The notes beneath the pieces were generated by a model. That model was given only the letters and a program-made list of their open reading frames with translations, was not told where the DNA came from and did not search any database. The translations under genes and the position numbers were made by a program. Positions 1 to 12,364 of a stretch of DNA of 64,000 nt are shown piece by piece (within the stretch, counting starts at the first letter, position 1; each line of letters starts with the position of its first letter). The DNA is from Eledone cirrhosa (taxonomy: Eukaryota): NCBI GenBank assembly GCA_964016885.1, contig OZ024745.1, positions 131,316,001-131,380,000 of the forward strand. The letters are read 5' to 3'.

Positions 1-614
1 AAATTATTCTATCCAAATTTACGAAAAGAAAGAAGCAATAATTACTATTATTCCTGATCAGTCATGTTCATTCCAATTTTGGTGCCAAATAGTTAGGATT
101 ACTTTTTATACTGCAGGATTACTGATTTTCCCAACCCTCCAAGATCAGTAATCCTAGTTTGTTGAAATTTACTAGTCTTCTTTCCTTCGATAACTTTCTC
201 TATTCTTCTCACTTACGATTACACGGTACTATGAAAAGACAATGTTAAACTCTAACGCTCGAAGAGCTTCTTACGTTCCCACTGAGAAATTTCGACAGAA
301 ATTTCATTAGTAAGCTGAAGTTCTATTTTATCCTGTTAACTCAACTCTTTCTCCGACGACTGATCTAATAGAACTTGCTGTGGCAATGGTAGTCAGCACT
401 TGTAGTATTTGTTGCCTTCGTTATCACTACTACTGTTACTGATGTTGCAAGTTTGTCATCACTTTTACTGCTTTTGTTACTGACGTGTTGGACTGTCCCT
501 TAACCTGCATTAATAGATCGCAAGACAGTTACAGCAATGTTTTCACTGAATAATATAACATGACAGCTGCCTGATCGATGACTGAAACCAGTTGGATATA
601 TTGGTATCTAGGAA

Positions 615-790
615 TAAGGCCAGCACATTTGGAAGAAAGGGCAAAGTTGATTAAACCAACCCCACTACTTGACTGATAGTTTATTTCATAGACCTCGGAA
701 GGATAAAAGGCAAAGTTAACATCAGTGGGATTTGAACTCGGGATGTAAAGAGCAACACTAAATGCCGCTATATGTCATTTTATCCGACGA
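615..790 (-). mobile_element. tRNA-derived SINE (family 1; core CTTTGCCTTTCATCC..GGTCGATAAAATAAGTACC), degenerate
   Basis: Reverse complement contains B-box-like GAGTTCAAATCCC followed by the core shared with the copies at 16045, 49413, 50006, 51620 and 63110. Confidence 0.75.
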
Positions 791-939
791 TCCCTCATTC
801 CCCTGAAAAGAAACTAAAATATATGAAGAGTTAATGTTAAGAAATTTAGTTAGTAATTTATAAATTTATTACTTCCATTGAGTTCTATATTCTTCTTGTC
901 GTATGATATATGCTCAATGGTTAGAGAGGGAGGGGGAGA

Positions 940-1850
940 GAGACTGGTGATCCAGACTAAGGTGTCGTAATATTATGGATTGCCTCAAGGCCGCTGGGAA
1001 AAGATCTGAGGGGTCTGTAGCGGTTGTCTCCCTTGTTTAGATTAATGTCTGGACGGGAAGTGGGGCCCTTTCTGTAACTTCCGGTCAGAGCCCTATAAAA
1101 CTAACAACTGTAAGCTCTCTTTCTCTCATTGCCTTTTCGGCACCAGGTCAAGAGCCTCTCATTTGGCTCTGCCATTCATTTGGCTCTGCCATTCATTTGG
1201 CCAACAGGCGCCTGGCCTTAACCAGGCGTCCTCTGCCAGCCGCGTTTGCCTGGCAATCAAAACGGTAACTACTAACTTTGCTTCATTCTATCATCCTCAT
1301 CTTTGACATGTCAACTATACTATCTACCATTGTTAATTAAATATTATACACACAAACAATGTATTCCTTGTTACATTCATACAACCCAGTATCCTCGCTA
1401 TAGGTCAATCCCAGACAACATGCAGCACTGTCTGGTCAGGGTCCCCACAGTCACATGCTGGGCTGTCTTTGATTTTCCATCAATGGAGATGACGGACTGT
1501 CCTGGCATGTGTTGTACAGGTCCGATTAAGGGACACCCATTGATTTCTAAGAAAGTCAAAACTGGCTGGTTTAGATGTGGGGTCAGTGACGAAGGCATGG
1601 TTGACAAATTTGGACTCATTCCATGATCTGCGTCACCCTTTCCTCAGATCAAAGTTATTGTCTTGAAGGATTTTCACTGATTCACAGAATAGTTTGCGTG
1701 ATTTCAAATCCACGTTGGGAAGGTTTTCATGGATGGGCTTGGACTTTTGGTAAGAAATGTTGCCTGGCGGATCATTTCCTGACGCCGCATGTGAGAAGGA
1801 GCTATATTAGAAAGGGTATTAAGTATACCCATGGAAATTGAACCGCCGTG
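940..1850 (-). mobile_element. Degenerate Vingi/Ingi-like (I-group) LINE ORF C-terminal remnant, interrupted by 963-1420
   Basis: Frameshifted minus-strand translation gives LSNIAPSHMRR, LKSRK and WVSLNRT..HLH*WKIKDSPACDCGDPDQTVLH, matching the Ingi/Vingi C-terminal CxC..H knuckle region. Confidence 0.65.
963..1420 (+). mobile_element. Solo-LTR-like insertion (458 bp)
   Basis: TG...CA termini (TGTCGT...ACAACA), TATAAAA at ~1093, AATTAAA near the 3' end; removing it restores the host LINE frame (DQTVLH-LSLDH). Confidence 0.55.
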
Positions 1851-2102
1851 TCCTGGCTACTGCGACGGCGGTGTTTAAGATAAGGTACAGTGTGTCGGCC
1901 TGCCCATAGGGCATACATAGTCATCAAGGTATGGTGTCAGATCCCATGGACCCGCGCTGCCACCCCGACTGACGTCCGCTTCCCCGTGTGGTTTTATTAG
2001 GGCCATCCGGAGGTACTCATGCAGAGAGTGTGCACCTTCTCTGGTGTCTACATGGAGTGCTCAACCGGCATACCACCCATGGACGCATCCAAGCAACCTT
2101 AC

Positions 2103-2133
2103 CACACACGCACGCACACACACACACACACAC

Positions 2134-2208
<75 letters not shown>
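2103..2208. repeat. (CA)n microsatellite
   Basis: Direct inspection. Confidence 0.95.
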
Positions 2209-2210
<2 letters not shown>

Positions 2211-2599
2211 ATTATTCACTTAGTTCAAAACTACACCGTATATTTACTTCTGTAGAATATTTACAAATTATTGGTTGACAGCCGTTGTTGTTGCTCGTTC
2301 ATAATGATCTTTTAACTGACGTTGTTGGTACTGTTAGCTCAACTTGTTCGAGAAACTTCTAAAGCTCCACAAACAGCGAACTAATGCCTATCTTGTCACA
2401 TGAAAGAACGAAAGAAACAACGAAGAAACCTAAAAAACATTCTAACATCCTGTTTGTTACTCAATTCTCATAACATTTATCTCTGTTGAAAAGTGTCAGC
2501 TTACAGCCTTTAGTTATTCCGTTGAATTGGTCTCACTATATAGAATTGTGTAGGTTACAAAACGTGAAGTGATGCAGTTATCTTATAATTATGTGTAGA

Positions 2600-2900
2600 G
2601 ACGCCTGGCTTGGAAAAGGTTTTCAACTCACAATTGCTAGGTCGTGAGTTCGATTTTAGGCGGCACATTGTGTCCTTCAGCAAGATACTTTACTTCACAT
2701 TGTTCCAGTCTACTAAGCAGGCAAAAATGAGTTGTTCCTGTAATTCAATGGGTCAACCTTGTCTCATGCTGAATCTCCCTGAGAATTATGTTAATGAGGC
2801 ACCTGATGGTGGAATGCTCAGTCACTTACACGTTAATTTCGCGAACAGGCTGTTCCGTTGGTCGAACAACTAGAACACTCGTCATCGCCAGCGGTGGAGG
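2600..2900 (+). mobile_element. tRNA-derived SINE (family 2)
   Basis: GAGTTCGATT B-box-like motif followed by GTGTCCTTCAGCAAGATACTTTACTTCACATTGTTCCAGT, shared with 8400-8540 and 50400-50555. Confidence 0.7.
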
Positions 2901-3007
2901 TCCAGCAGCACCGCTCCATTTATAAGTGTCGGTGCATGCTGTATTTACTTGTGTTAAATAAGTCTTTAGCGGGGGTTAAATATTGGTTTGGTCATGGGTT
3001 GCTTCAT

Positions 3008-3175
3008 GGAGTGGAGTCATGTTTAGTGTGGAGTGGAGACATGTTTAGTGTGGAGTGGAGACATGTTTAGTGTGATGTGAAGTGGAGTCATGTTTAGTGT
3101 GGAGTGGAGTCATGTTTAGTGGGATGTAGTGTGGAGTGGAGACATGTTTAGTGTGATGTAGTGTGGAGTGGAGTG
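3008..3175. repeat. ~22-bp minisatellite (CATGTTTAGTGTGGAGTGGAGW)
   Basis: Tandem units visible directly. Confidence 0.9.
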
Positions 3176-3307
3176 AGTAGCTTGTTGAGTTATGACAAGT
3201 GAAGTGTGCTTCAGGGATTCACCAGAAGTTTTGTCATGTTCTAGAAAACAGTTATACTTGTTTGTTGTGGGAATTGATATTACCATGGGGAAGATTATCT
3301 TCCTAAA

Positions 3308-4095
3308 TCACATGGAATAGAAGTAACAAGACACCGCCACATGGAATAGAAGTAACAAGACACCACCACATGGATAAGAAGTAACAATACACCGCCACAT
3401 GGATAAGAAGCAACAAGACACCACCACATGAATAAGAAGTAACAATACACCGCCACATGAATAAGAAGTAACAAGACACTGCCACATGAATAATAAGTAA
3501 CAAGACCGCCACATGGATAAGAAGTAACAAGACACCGCCACATGAATAATAAGTAACAAGACACCGCCACATGAATAAGAAGTAACAAGACACCGCCGCA
3601 TGAATAAGAAGTAACAAGACACCGCCACATGGATAAGAAGTAACAAGACACCGCCACATGGATAAGAAGTAACAAGACCGCCACATGGATAAGAAGTAGC
3701 AAGACACCGCCACATGGATAAGAAGTAACAAGACACTGCCTCATGAATAAGAAGTAACAAGACACCGCCACACGAATAATAAGTAACAAGACACTGCCTC
3801 ATGGATAAGAAGTAGCAAAACACCGCCACATGGATAAGAAGTAACAAGACACCGCCACATGGATAAGAAGTAACAAGACACCGCCACATGGATAAGAAGT
3901 AACAAGACACCGCCACATGGATAAGAAGTAACAAGACACTGCCTCATGGATAAGAAGTAGCAAGACACTGCCTCATGGATAAGAAGTAGCAAAACACTGC
4001 CACATGGATAAGAAATAACAAGACACCGCCACATGGATAAGAAGTAACAAGATACTGTCACATGGATACAAGGTAACAAGATGCCGCCACATGGG
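3308..4095. repeat. 29-bp minisatellite (CACCGCCACATGGATAAGAAGTAACAAGA), ~27 copies
   Basis: Tandem units; explains the repetitive ORFs at 3295-4268. Confidence 0.95.
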
Positions 4096-4410
4096 TAATA
4101 ATAATAATAAGTATAATCGATAAGTAAACCTGGACCTGATTGATAGATATTAATGGATAAATATCTTTGATAGGTTTCTGGGAATTCGAAAGGTGTGTTC
4201 CAAGTTGCGTAATATATATGCAAATTAGTAATGCACCCTAAGATGGAACTGGTATTTCCCTTCAGCAACAGGTTTTACGTTCTAAGTATCTGCTCTCTCT
4301 GGGTTCTGAGACATCACTTTTAGTCGACTGCAGCAGTAAATTTGGCAGTAATGTCACGTGGCCTTTCTCAAGAAGAGGAAAGTCAGTTGCCTGAGTTTTG
4401 GTGAGTACAT

Positions 4411-4447
<37 letters not shown>

Positions 4448-4642
4448 AACAAATGATAAAGTGAGTGTTGCGAAAGCTGGTACAATGCAGATAGATATAT
4501 AATGCTCGAGTAAAAAGTATAACAAAACAAAATATACTGCAATATATAGGGCTGAAACATTTTGTTTAATATTGTCATCCTGTTTATTCCAGTTCAATCT
4601 TTATACCTCTACTTCTACATACATTGTAGCAGCTTCCCAACT

Positions 4643-4647
4643 ATATA

Positions 4648-4727
<80 letters not shown>
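4643..4727. repeat. (TA)n microsatellite
   Basis: Direct inspection. Confidence 0.95.
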
Positions 4728-4732
<5 letters not shown>

Positions 4733-5389
4733 TTATTATATCAATAAATCAACAAAGGTACCCAGCATTTCCAGGCATCAAATATGTAGATTTTGCTTCT
4801 TTTTTTGTCAAACTCATAGATAACTTTTATGAGATTCTTAACAAATGTAATTCAAAAGAAATCCCAGGGCATGTATATTTACACTCCCTACAGAGTATGT
4901 TGCACAGAAAAGGGGACTTGTCTTAGACTTGTGGAAAGATGGACAATCCTTGAAAGGATCTCTCAGAACACTTTTCTTTGCTATTTAGTTGCATGTTCCC
5001 ACATCATTCCGGAACTTATATCTCATGGTCACATATCATTTATGGTCATTCTGACCAAGAGTTCATCATATGGATGTTTGAAAGCGATCTTCCCAAAGCC
5101 AGCCTCCCTATTTGTATGTTGTTGTCCTGCGTTATATAAAACTTCAGTTCCTTATTATGAGACAACTCAGGTCTAGGGACCACATCTTGCTCATATGGAT
5201 CTGTATTTTGGATTGTTTTCTATAACTGGAATAACTGGATAACCTTCCTAACACCTAACATTGTTTAAAATAATCTTACACCTTACCGACGTAATTTTTC
5301 ACTAACTCCAGAATTTTCTGTGGTGTTGTGTGTAATCTCTACTCCATACATTTTTACTCACACCTCCACTTCTTCAGGAATCCTGATAT

Positions 5390-5520
5390 GAGAACCAGTA
5401 CAACACTGGCAAAAAAAGTCTGGCAATTAAAGGAGAAAGGAATCCCACATACGGTTATATGAAAGATCAAGTCCTTACATGAATGGTACCAAGAGATGTC
5501 TCTATCTTAATGAAACATTT
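5390..5520 (+). mobile_element. Penelope-like element remnant (C-terminal part of GIY-YIG region)
   Basis: Translation STTLAKKVWQLKEKGIPHTVI*KI..GTKRC resembles the PLE T.LSK.IW.LK...I.W.I...KRC.LC motif. Confidence 0.5.
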
Positions 5521-5634
5521 AGAATATTAGTGAGAAATATAGAATGTAATCTTACACATTACATCCAATTCCACATATGCAAAGTTTTTCTTTCAGTTCA
5601 CTTATGTTGTTATACACACTAACATTTCACATCT

Positions 5635-6200
5635 ATCGGAGCATACTCACTGCATTTCTCTCCAGCATTTCACAGGTCTTCTGTGATTAAGGCCAATGTT
5701 TCACTGCCATGTAGCATTGCAGTTTGCATGCATACATCATATAGTCCACTCTTCACTCTGAGTGAGAAGCCCTTTGTTGTCAGCAGAGGTATCAGCTCTC
5801 TAAGCTTCTTTCAGCCTATTCAAGATTCTGGCTATCATACTTTCAGTGCATCCTTGCCAACTGCTAATTTGATCACTTAAGTAACAAAAGTTGTTGATAA
5901 CTTCTAAGGAGTCTCACTGGCAGCTGAATTTCATGTGTGTTCTTAGTGCTTACTTCTCCTGTGTATCTGCCACATAAAGTCTATCTTTTCCATTAATCTA
6001 CCTGCAATCCCACTCCATCTCTTGTGCATCCATAATTTATACTGTGTGCACCTTATAGGATTTCTGCCCACCCCTCTCTGACATATCAAACAAGACTGTT
6101 TCCATGATGGTATCACTTTCCTCTCCTCTTTCCTACTTATTAGAACTTTCCTCTTTGCTAAGTTTAGTTTTAAGTCTTTCAACTCTAGGTTCTTCTTCCA
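5635..6200 (-). mobile_element. Degenerate RTE LINE fragment (PHD-finger region to 3' part)
   Basis: KLNLAK.KVLISRK..CLICQRGVGRNPIRCTQYKLWMHKRWSGI, homologous to 28660-29200; multiple stops. Confidence 0.85.
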
Positions 6201-6259
6201 TGTTTAAAATTATGCCTATAACTCTCCTACATATTCAGCTATTAGGACTAGGTCATCAG

Positions 6260-6772
6260 CACACACACACTTATACACATACACACACTCACTTATACAC
6301 TTACACACACACACTTATACACATACACACACACATACACTTATACACACACACACTTATACACATACACACACACACATACACTTATACACACACACAC
6401 TTATACACACACACAAACACACTTATACACACACACTTATACACACACTCACTTATACACACACACACTTATACACATACACATACATACACTTATACAC
6501 ACACACACATACACACATACACACATATACACACACACTTACACATATACACACACACACACACACTTATACACACACATATACACTTATACACACACAC
6601 ACTTATACACACACACATACACACTTATACACACATACACTTATACACACACCTATACACACACACTTATACATACACACACACATACACACTTATACAC
6701 ACTTATACATATACACACACACACACACACACACTTATACACACATGCACTTATACACACATACACACACAC
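6260..6772. repeat. (CA)n microsatellite with CTTATA interruptions
   Basis: Direct inspection. Confidence 0.95.
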
Positions 6773-6892
6773 ATTATTCTTTCTAAATGTTTGTTAAAGT
6801 AAAAGAGTAACAAGAACAACAGAAATAAGGAAAACAGCTGAAATAAAAGAGCGAAAAAACAATTTATCAGAAGTTGTAAGAAATAAAAGGCA

Positions 6893-6927
6893 TGTGTGTT
6901 TATGTGAGTGAGTGAGTGAGTGTGTGT

Positions 6928-6991
<64 letters not shown>

Positions 6992-7027
6992 TTGTGTGTG
7001 TATGTATATATTTGTGTGTGTGTGTGT
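6893..7027. repeat. (TG)n microsatellite
   Basis: Direct inspection. Confidence 0.95.
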
Positions 7028-7068
7028 TGAGTAAATAACAGTAAATTAATTTGTTTCCCCATATAAGA

Positions 7069-7925
7069 ACCTAGGTACCATCACACCTATGTACCAACAC
7101 ACCTAGGTACCATCACACCTATGTACCAACACACCTAGGTACCATCACACCTATGTACCATCACACCTAGGTACCATCACGCCTAGGTACCACCACACCT
7201 ATGTACCATCACGCCTAGGTACCACCACACCTATGTACCATCACACCTAGGTACCATCACACCTATGTACCAACACACCTAGGTACCATCACATCTAGGT
7301 ACCATCACACCTATGTACCAATACACCTAGGTACCACCACACCTATGTACCATCACACCTAGGTACCATCACACCTATGTACCAACACACCTAGGTACCA
7401 TCACACCTAGGTACCATCACACCTAGGTACCATCACACCTATGTACCATCACACCTAGGTACCATCACACCTAGGTACCATCACACCTAGGTACCATCAC
7501 ACCTATGTACCAACACACCTATGTACCAACACACCTAGGTACCATCACACCTATGTACCATCACATCTAGGTACCATCACACCTAGGTACCATCACACCT
7601 AGGTACCATCACACCTAGGTACCAACACACCTAGGTACCATCAAACCTAGGTACCATCAAACCTATGTACCATCAAACCTAGGTACCATCAAACCTATGT
7701 ACCATCACACCTATGTACCATCACACCTCAGTACCATCACGCCTAGGTACCATCACACCTATGTACCAACACACCTAGGTACCATCAAACCTAGGTACCA
7801 TCACACCTAGGTACCACCACACCTAGGTACCATCACACCTCGCACACCTCGGTACCATCACACCTAGGTACCATCACACCTCAGTACCATCACACCTATG
7901 TACCATCACACCTAGGTACCATCAC
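7069..7925. repeat. 16-bp minisatellite (ACACCTAGGTACCATC), ~53 copies
   Basis: Tandem units with AGG/ATG and ATC/AAC variants. Confidence 0.95.
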
Positions 7926-8162
7926 CTTACATTGCCTAAAAGTATCAACAGCAGTAGGTAGAAGTTGAAACTTTGCCAAAACTAACACAAAATATAGAAA
8001 TACAATAAAATTACTTTATGAAAAATAACAAATGCAAGAAAATACATATAAATTAAATTAACCGATATATAAGACACAGAAGCGAAAAGCGAAAACCAAC
8101 CAAACAGTGAGTGTGTTCTGTTATTAATTCTGGCAATATTACACAAATATGACCCTCCCCAA

Positions 8163-8197
<35 letters not shown>

Positions 8198-8216
8198 CAT
8201 ATATATATATATATGT

Positions 8217-8540
8217 ATCATCATCATCATTTCATTTTACGTCCGCTTTTCCCTGCTTGCAAGGGTGGGACAGGAACTGATTCTGGCTTGATTTCTATAG
8301 CTGGATGCCCTTCCTAACACCAACCTCATTTACAGTGGGTGCTGGGTGCTTTTTTGCCGTGGCACCTCCACGACCACTTTGTAGTGGAATGATAGGGAAC
8401 TATCTCATTTCTACAGCTGAGTAAACTGGAGCAATGTGAAATAAAGTGTCTTGTTCAAGGAAACAACACATCACCTGGTCTGAAAATTGAACTCACAACC
8501 TTTCGATTGCAAGGCCAACCACTAAGCCATGTGCCTCCAT
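8217..8540 (-). mobile_element. Full-length composite SINE: tRNA-like head, body and RTE-derived 3' tail with (GAT)n
   Basis: A-box-like GGCTTAGTGG and B-box-like GAGTTCAAT at the 5' end; the last ~45 nt nearly match the RTE 3' end at 29513-29562. Confidence 0.8.
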
Positions 8541-9221
8541 GTATATATATGTGTGTATATGTATATGTATGTATGTATGTATATGTATGTATATATATGT
8601 ATATATGTATATATATGTATATATGTATATATGTATATATATGTATATGTATATATATGTATATGTATATGTATATATATGTATATGTATATATATGTAT
8701 ATGTATATGTATATATATGTATATGTATATGTATATATATGTATATGTATATATATATATATGTATATGTATGTATATGTATATATATGTGTATATGTAT
8801 GTATATGTATATATATGTGTATATATATGTATATGTATATATATGTGTATATATATGTATATGTATATATATGTGTATATATATGTATATGTATATATAT
8901 GTGTATATATATGTATATGTATATATATGTGTATATATATGTATGTATGTATATATATGTATATATATGTATGTATGTATATATATGTATATATATGTAT
9001 GTATGTATATATATGTATATATATATGTATGTATGTATATATGTATATATATATGTATGTATGTATATATGTATATATATATGTATGTATGTATATATGT
9101 ATATATATATGTATGTATGTATATATGTATATATATATGTATGTATGTATATATGTATATATATATGTATGTATGTATATATGTATATATATATGTATGT
9201 ATGTATATGTATATATATATG

Positions 9222-9268
<47 letters not shown>
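8540..9268. repeat. (TA)n/(TATG)n compound microsatellite
   Basis: Direct inspection. Confidence 0.95.
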
Positions 9269-9269
<1 letters not shown>

Positions 9270-9895
9270 GACCCGTGAGGCAAACATATGTAAACCAGGT
9301 GCGCACCTGACCGAGCACACAACATTGGAAGATACATCGCATGGGCCGGGACCGGCTAACACGGGGCCCACTGGCGCCCGGACCGATACCCCAAACATAT
9401 AGAACAGCACACCCCAGCCACGTTGCCATGCCCCATGGTGACCGGGCCGGGCGTCGCCTTATATGTGTACCCCGTCAGTCGTGACTATATACTCTCCACA
9501 ATGATTATTACTGTCATTATTGTTATATTATTGTTCTGTTACTGTTACCTGTTCTGTGTAGGACACAAGTTTGCACCTCATACTACCTGTGTGTAGTACA
9601 TCACATGGATACATGCACCTTCTCCTGTACCTCCTCCCCGTTTTTTATTTTACCCCTTTTTTCATGTACCTATTTATGAAGTTACATACAGATTTTAGTG
9701 TACCCTAAAATATTGTAAATTTATTTAGTTATTTTATTTTATTTTTTATCCTATTGTGTTTATATTCGCGTGCTTCTGTGTGTGGACCTGTTTAGCAGTA
9801 AATTGAATTACCATCTGTCATATACTATCCCCTCTCTTCTTCCTCTATTACTAATATAAATACTTCGATTTTTCTGATTTTATCCAATTTATCCA

Positions 9896-10068
9896 AAATC
9901 TCTGAAGAAGTGACAACTGATTATACATTTGCTATCGAATACTTGCTAACACTATATGATTACGCAAGCAGCGATACATAGGTATTCCGTCTGTTACAGA
10001 AACATATGTCAATACCTAATAAATTCCTTTTTAAAAAAAGCACTTTCATTTTATATTCATCTTTTCTA
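9896..10068 (+). mobile_element. Penelope-type terminal module with hammerhead-like core (copy 1)
   Basis: CTGAAGA-A-GTGACA...TGTTAC-A-GAAAC-ATAT-GTC; a closely similar inverted copy lies at 21481-21657. Confidence 0.55.
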
Positions 10069-10170
10069 CATTTTCTCTGGAATATAATTTACACTCGTTG
10101 AGCAAACCTACACGTACGCTGTTCATCTCTAACGTAACGATAAATTATCACTACATTATTGATAACCTGA

Positions 10171-10175
<5 letters not shown>

Positions 10176-10217
<42 letters not shown>

Positions 10218-10692
10218 TGTATGTATATATATATATATGAGTGTATGTATATATATATATATGAGTGTATGTATATATATATATATGAGTGTATGTATAT
10301 ATATATATATGAGTGTATGTATATATATATATATATATGAGTGTATGTATATATATATATATGAGTGTATGTATATATATATATATGAGTGTATGTATGT
10401 ATATATATATATATGAGTGTATGTATATATATATATATATATATGAGTGTATGTATATATATATATATATGAGTGTATATATATATATATATGGGTGTAT
10501 GCATATGTGGGCCTCTATGTGTGCGTATGTGTATTTGTGCATACATGTATGTGTTTATGTGCATCTCACAGGAATGTGTACGGATGATTATATATGGAGT
10601 ATATATGCATTTTATTACTATTATTCTTTTTGTATTACTTTATCATATATCCTTTGTATATATCCGTATGTGTATGTATGAATGTTTGAACA

Positions 10693-10746
<54 letters not shown>

Positions 10747-10789
10747 TTATTATATATATTTATTATATATATTTATTATATATATATAT

Positions 10790-10823
<34 letters not shown>

Positions 10824-11034
10824 ATATTATATATATTTATTATATATATATATTATATATATATATTATATATATATATATTATATATATATATTATATA
10901 TATATATTATATATATATTATATTATATATATATATATTATATATATATTATATTATATATATATTATATATATGTTATATTATATATATATTATATATA
11001 TATATATATTATATTATATATATATTATATATAT

Positions 11035-11068
<34 letters not shown>

Positions 11069-11572
11069 TATTGTATAATTTTTTTATATTTTATGTTGTT
11101 ACTTTACCGTTATTTTATTGTATATTGTGTTTTTTAGTATATAATGTATTTTTAATTTACGGTTTTGTTTATATTTGTATATTTGGAAGCACGTGTGTGT
11201 AAGCAAATATGCATATGTGCAGGTGTATACATGTGGCAGCCCGTGTGCGTATGCATATGTAGATGTATATATGTCTGCATGTGTGTATGTATATGTGTGG
11301 GTGTGCGTATGCATGTAGGTTTTTTTCTGTATATATATGTGTGTGTGTATGTAATTTTGTATACGTATGTGTATTTTGTATGTATGTGTGAGTGTATATA
11401 TATATGTGTATATATGTATATATATGTATATATATGTGTATATATGTATATGTGTATATATATGTGTATATATGTATATGTATATATATGTATGTATATG
11501 TATATATATGTATGTATATGTATATATATGTATATATATGTGTATATATGTATATATATATGTGTATGTATG

Positions 11573-11605
<33 letters not shown>

Positions 11606-11700
11606 ATATGTATATATGTGTGTGTGTGAGTGTGTATATATATAAATGTATATAAGGTTGTGCGTGTGTGACCGTGCATATGTGTGTATATATGTGTATG
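10176..11700. repeat. Compound microsatellite region: (TA)n with GAGTGTATG units, (TA)n with TT breaks, (TA)/(TG)
   Basis: Direct inspection; low-complexity spacers lie between the arrays. Confidence 0.9.
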
Positions 11701-12318
11701 TATACGTAGGCCATGCTTGTCCGACCGGATGTATGGCGCGACTTAGTAGCCGTCAAAAGGCTTGTGGCGATATGTATCTAGAAGTGGGTGTGACTGGGTC
11801 CGTGGAAGTGAGAGAGAGCGTGTGTGTGTATATATACATATATGTATGTATGTGTGTGTGGGGGGGGGGTAAGCATGTAGGCGTACGTGTGTGTATGCAC
11901 GAATGTGTCTGTGTCTGCATGTGTGTGTGTGTCTATATTCGTATGTGTGGGTGCTTACTCTGGAGTGTGAACAGACGTGTGAGATACTGAACCCAGCATG
12001 ACTCCATTGAAGTGTGTTGGACGGAAAATGGCTGATGACCCGTGTAGCAGTAATACTGACCAGAACTTGTGATGACGTGGAGTAAAAACAGCCAATGGCA
12101 TGACAAGAGTGGAAGAGGGTTTTTTGAGGGTGTTTTTTGATGATAACACCCCAGTGATAAAATTTGCTCCAAACGAAATACCCGTGTCTGAACGAACCTG
12201 CAGCCGTAGAATCAGCCAGATCCATACAAGGACCATATCTCGAGCTACCTGCCGGCGAAACAATTGTAACACGCAATAAATTAAGTCCAGATGCATCACT
12301 GATTTTTCGTTTTCTTTA

Positions 12319-12360
<42 letters not shown>

Positions 12361-12364
<4 letters not shown>

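Noticed and set aside
1842-2100. Possible HDV-like ribozyme or 5' leader of the Vingi-like element (hairpin ACCGCCGT..ACGGCGGT)
   Set aside because: I could not assign the nested double-pseudoknot pairings by eye.
4830-5220. Possible piggyBac transposase C-terminal remnant on the minus strand
   Set aside because: Only vague Cys-rich similarity across frameshifts; it cannot be supported without a search.
11960-12310. Unique CpG-containing segment with short ORFs between microsatellites
   Set aside because: No recognisable domain, convincing splice pair or terminal repeats.
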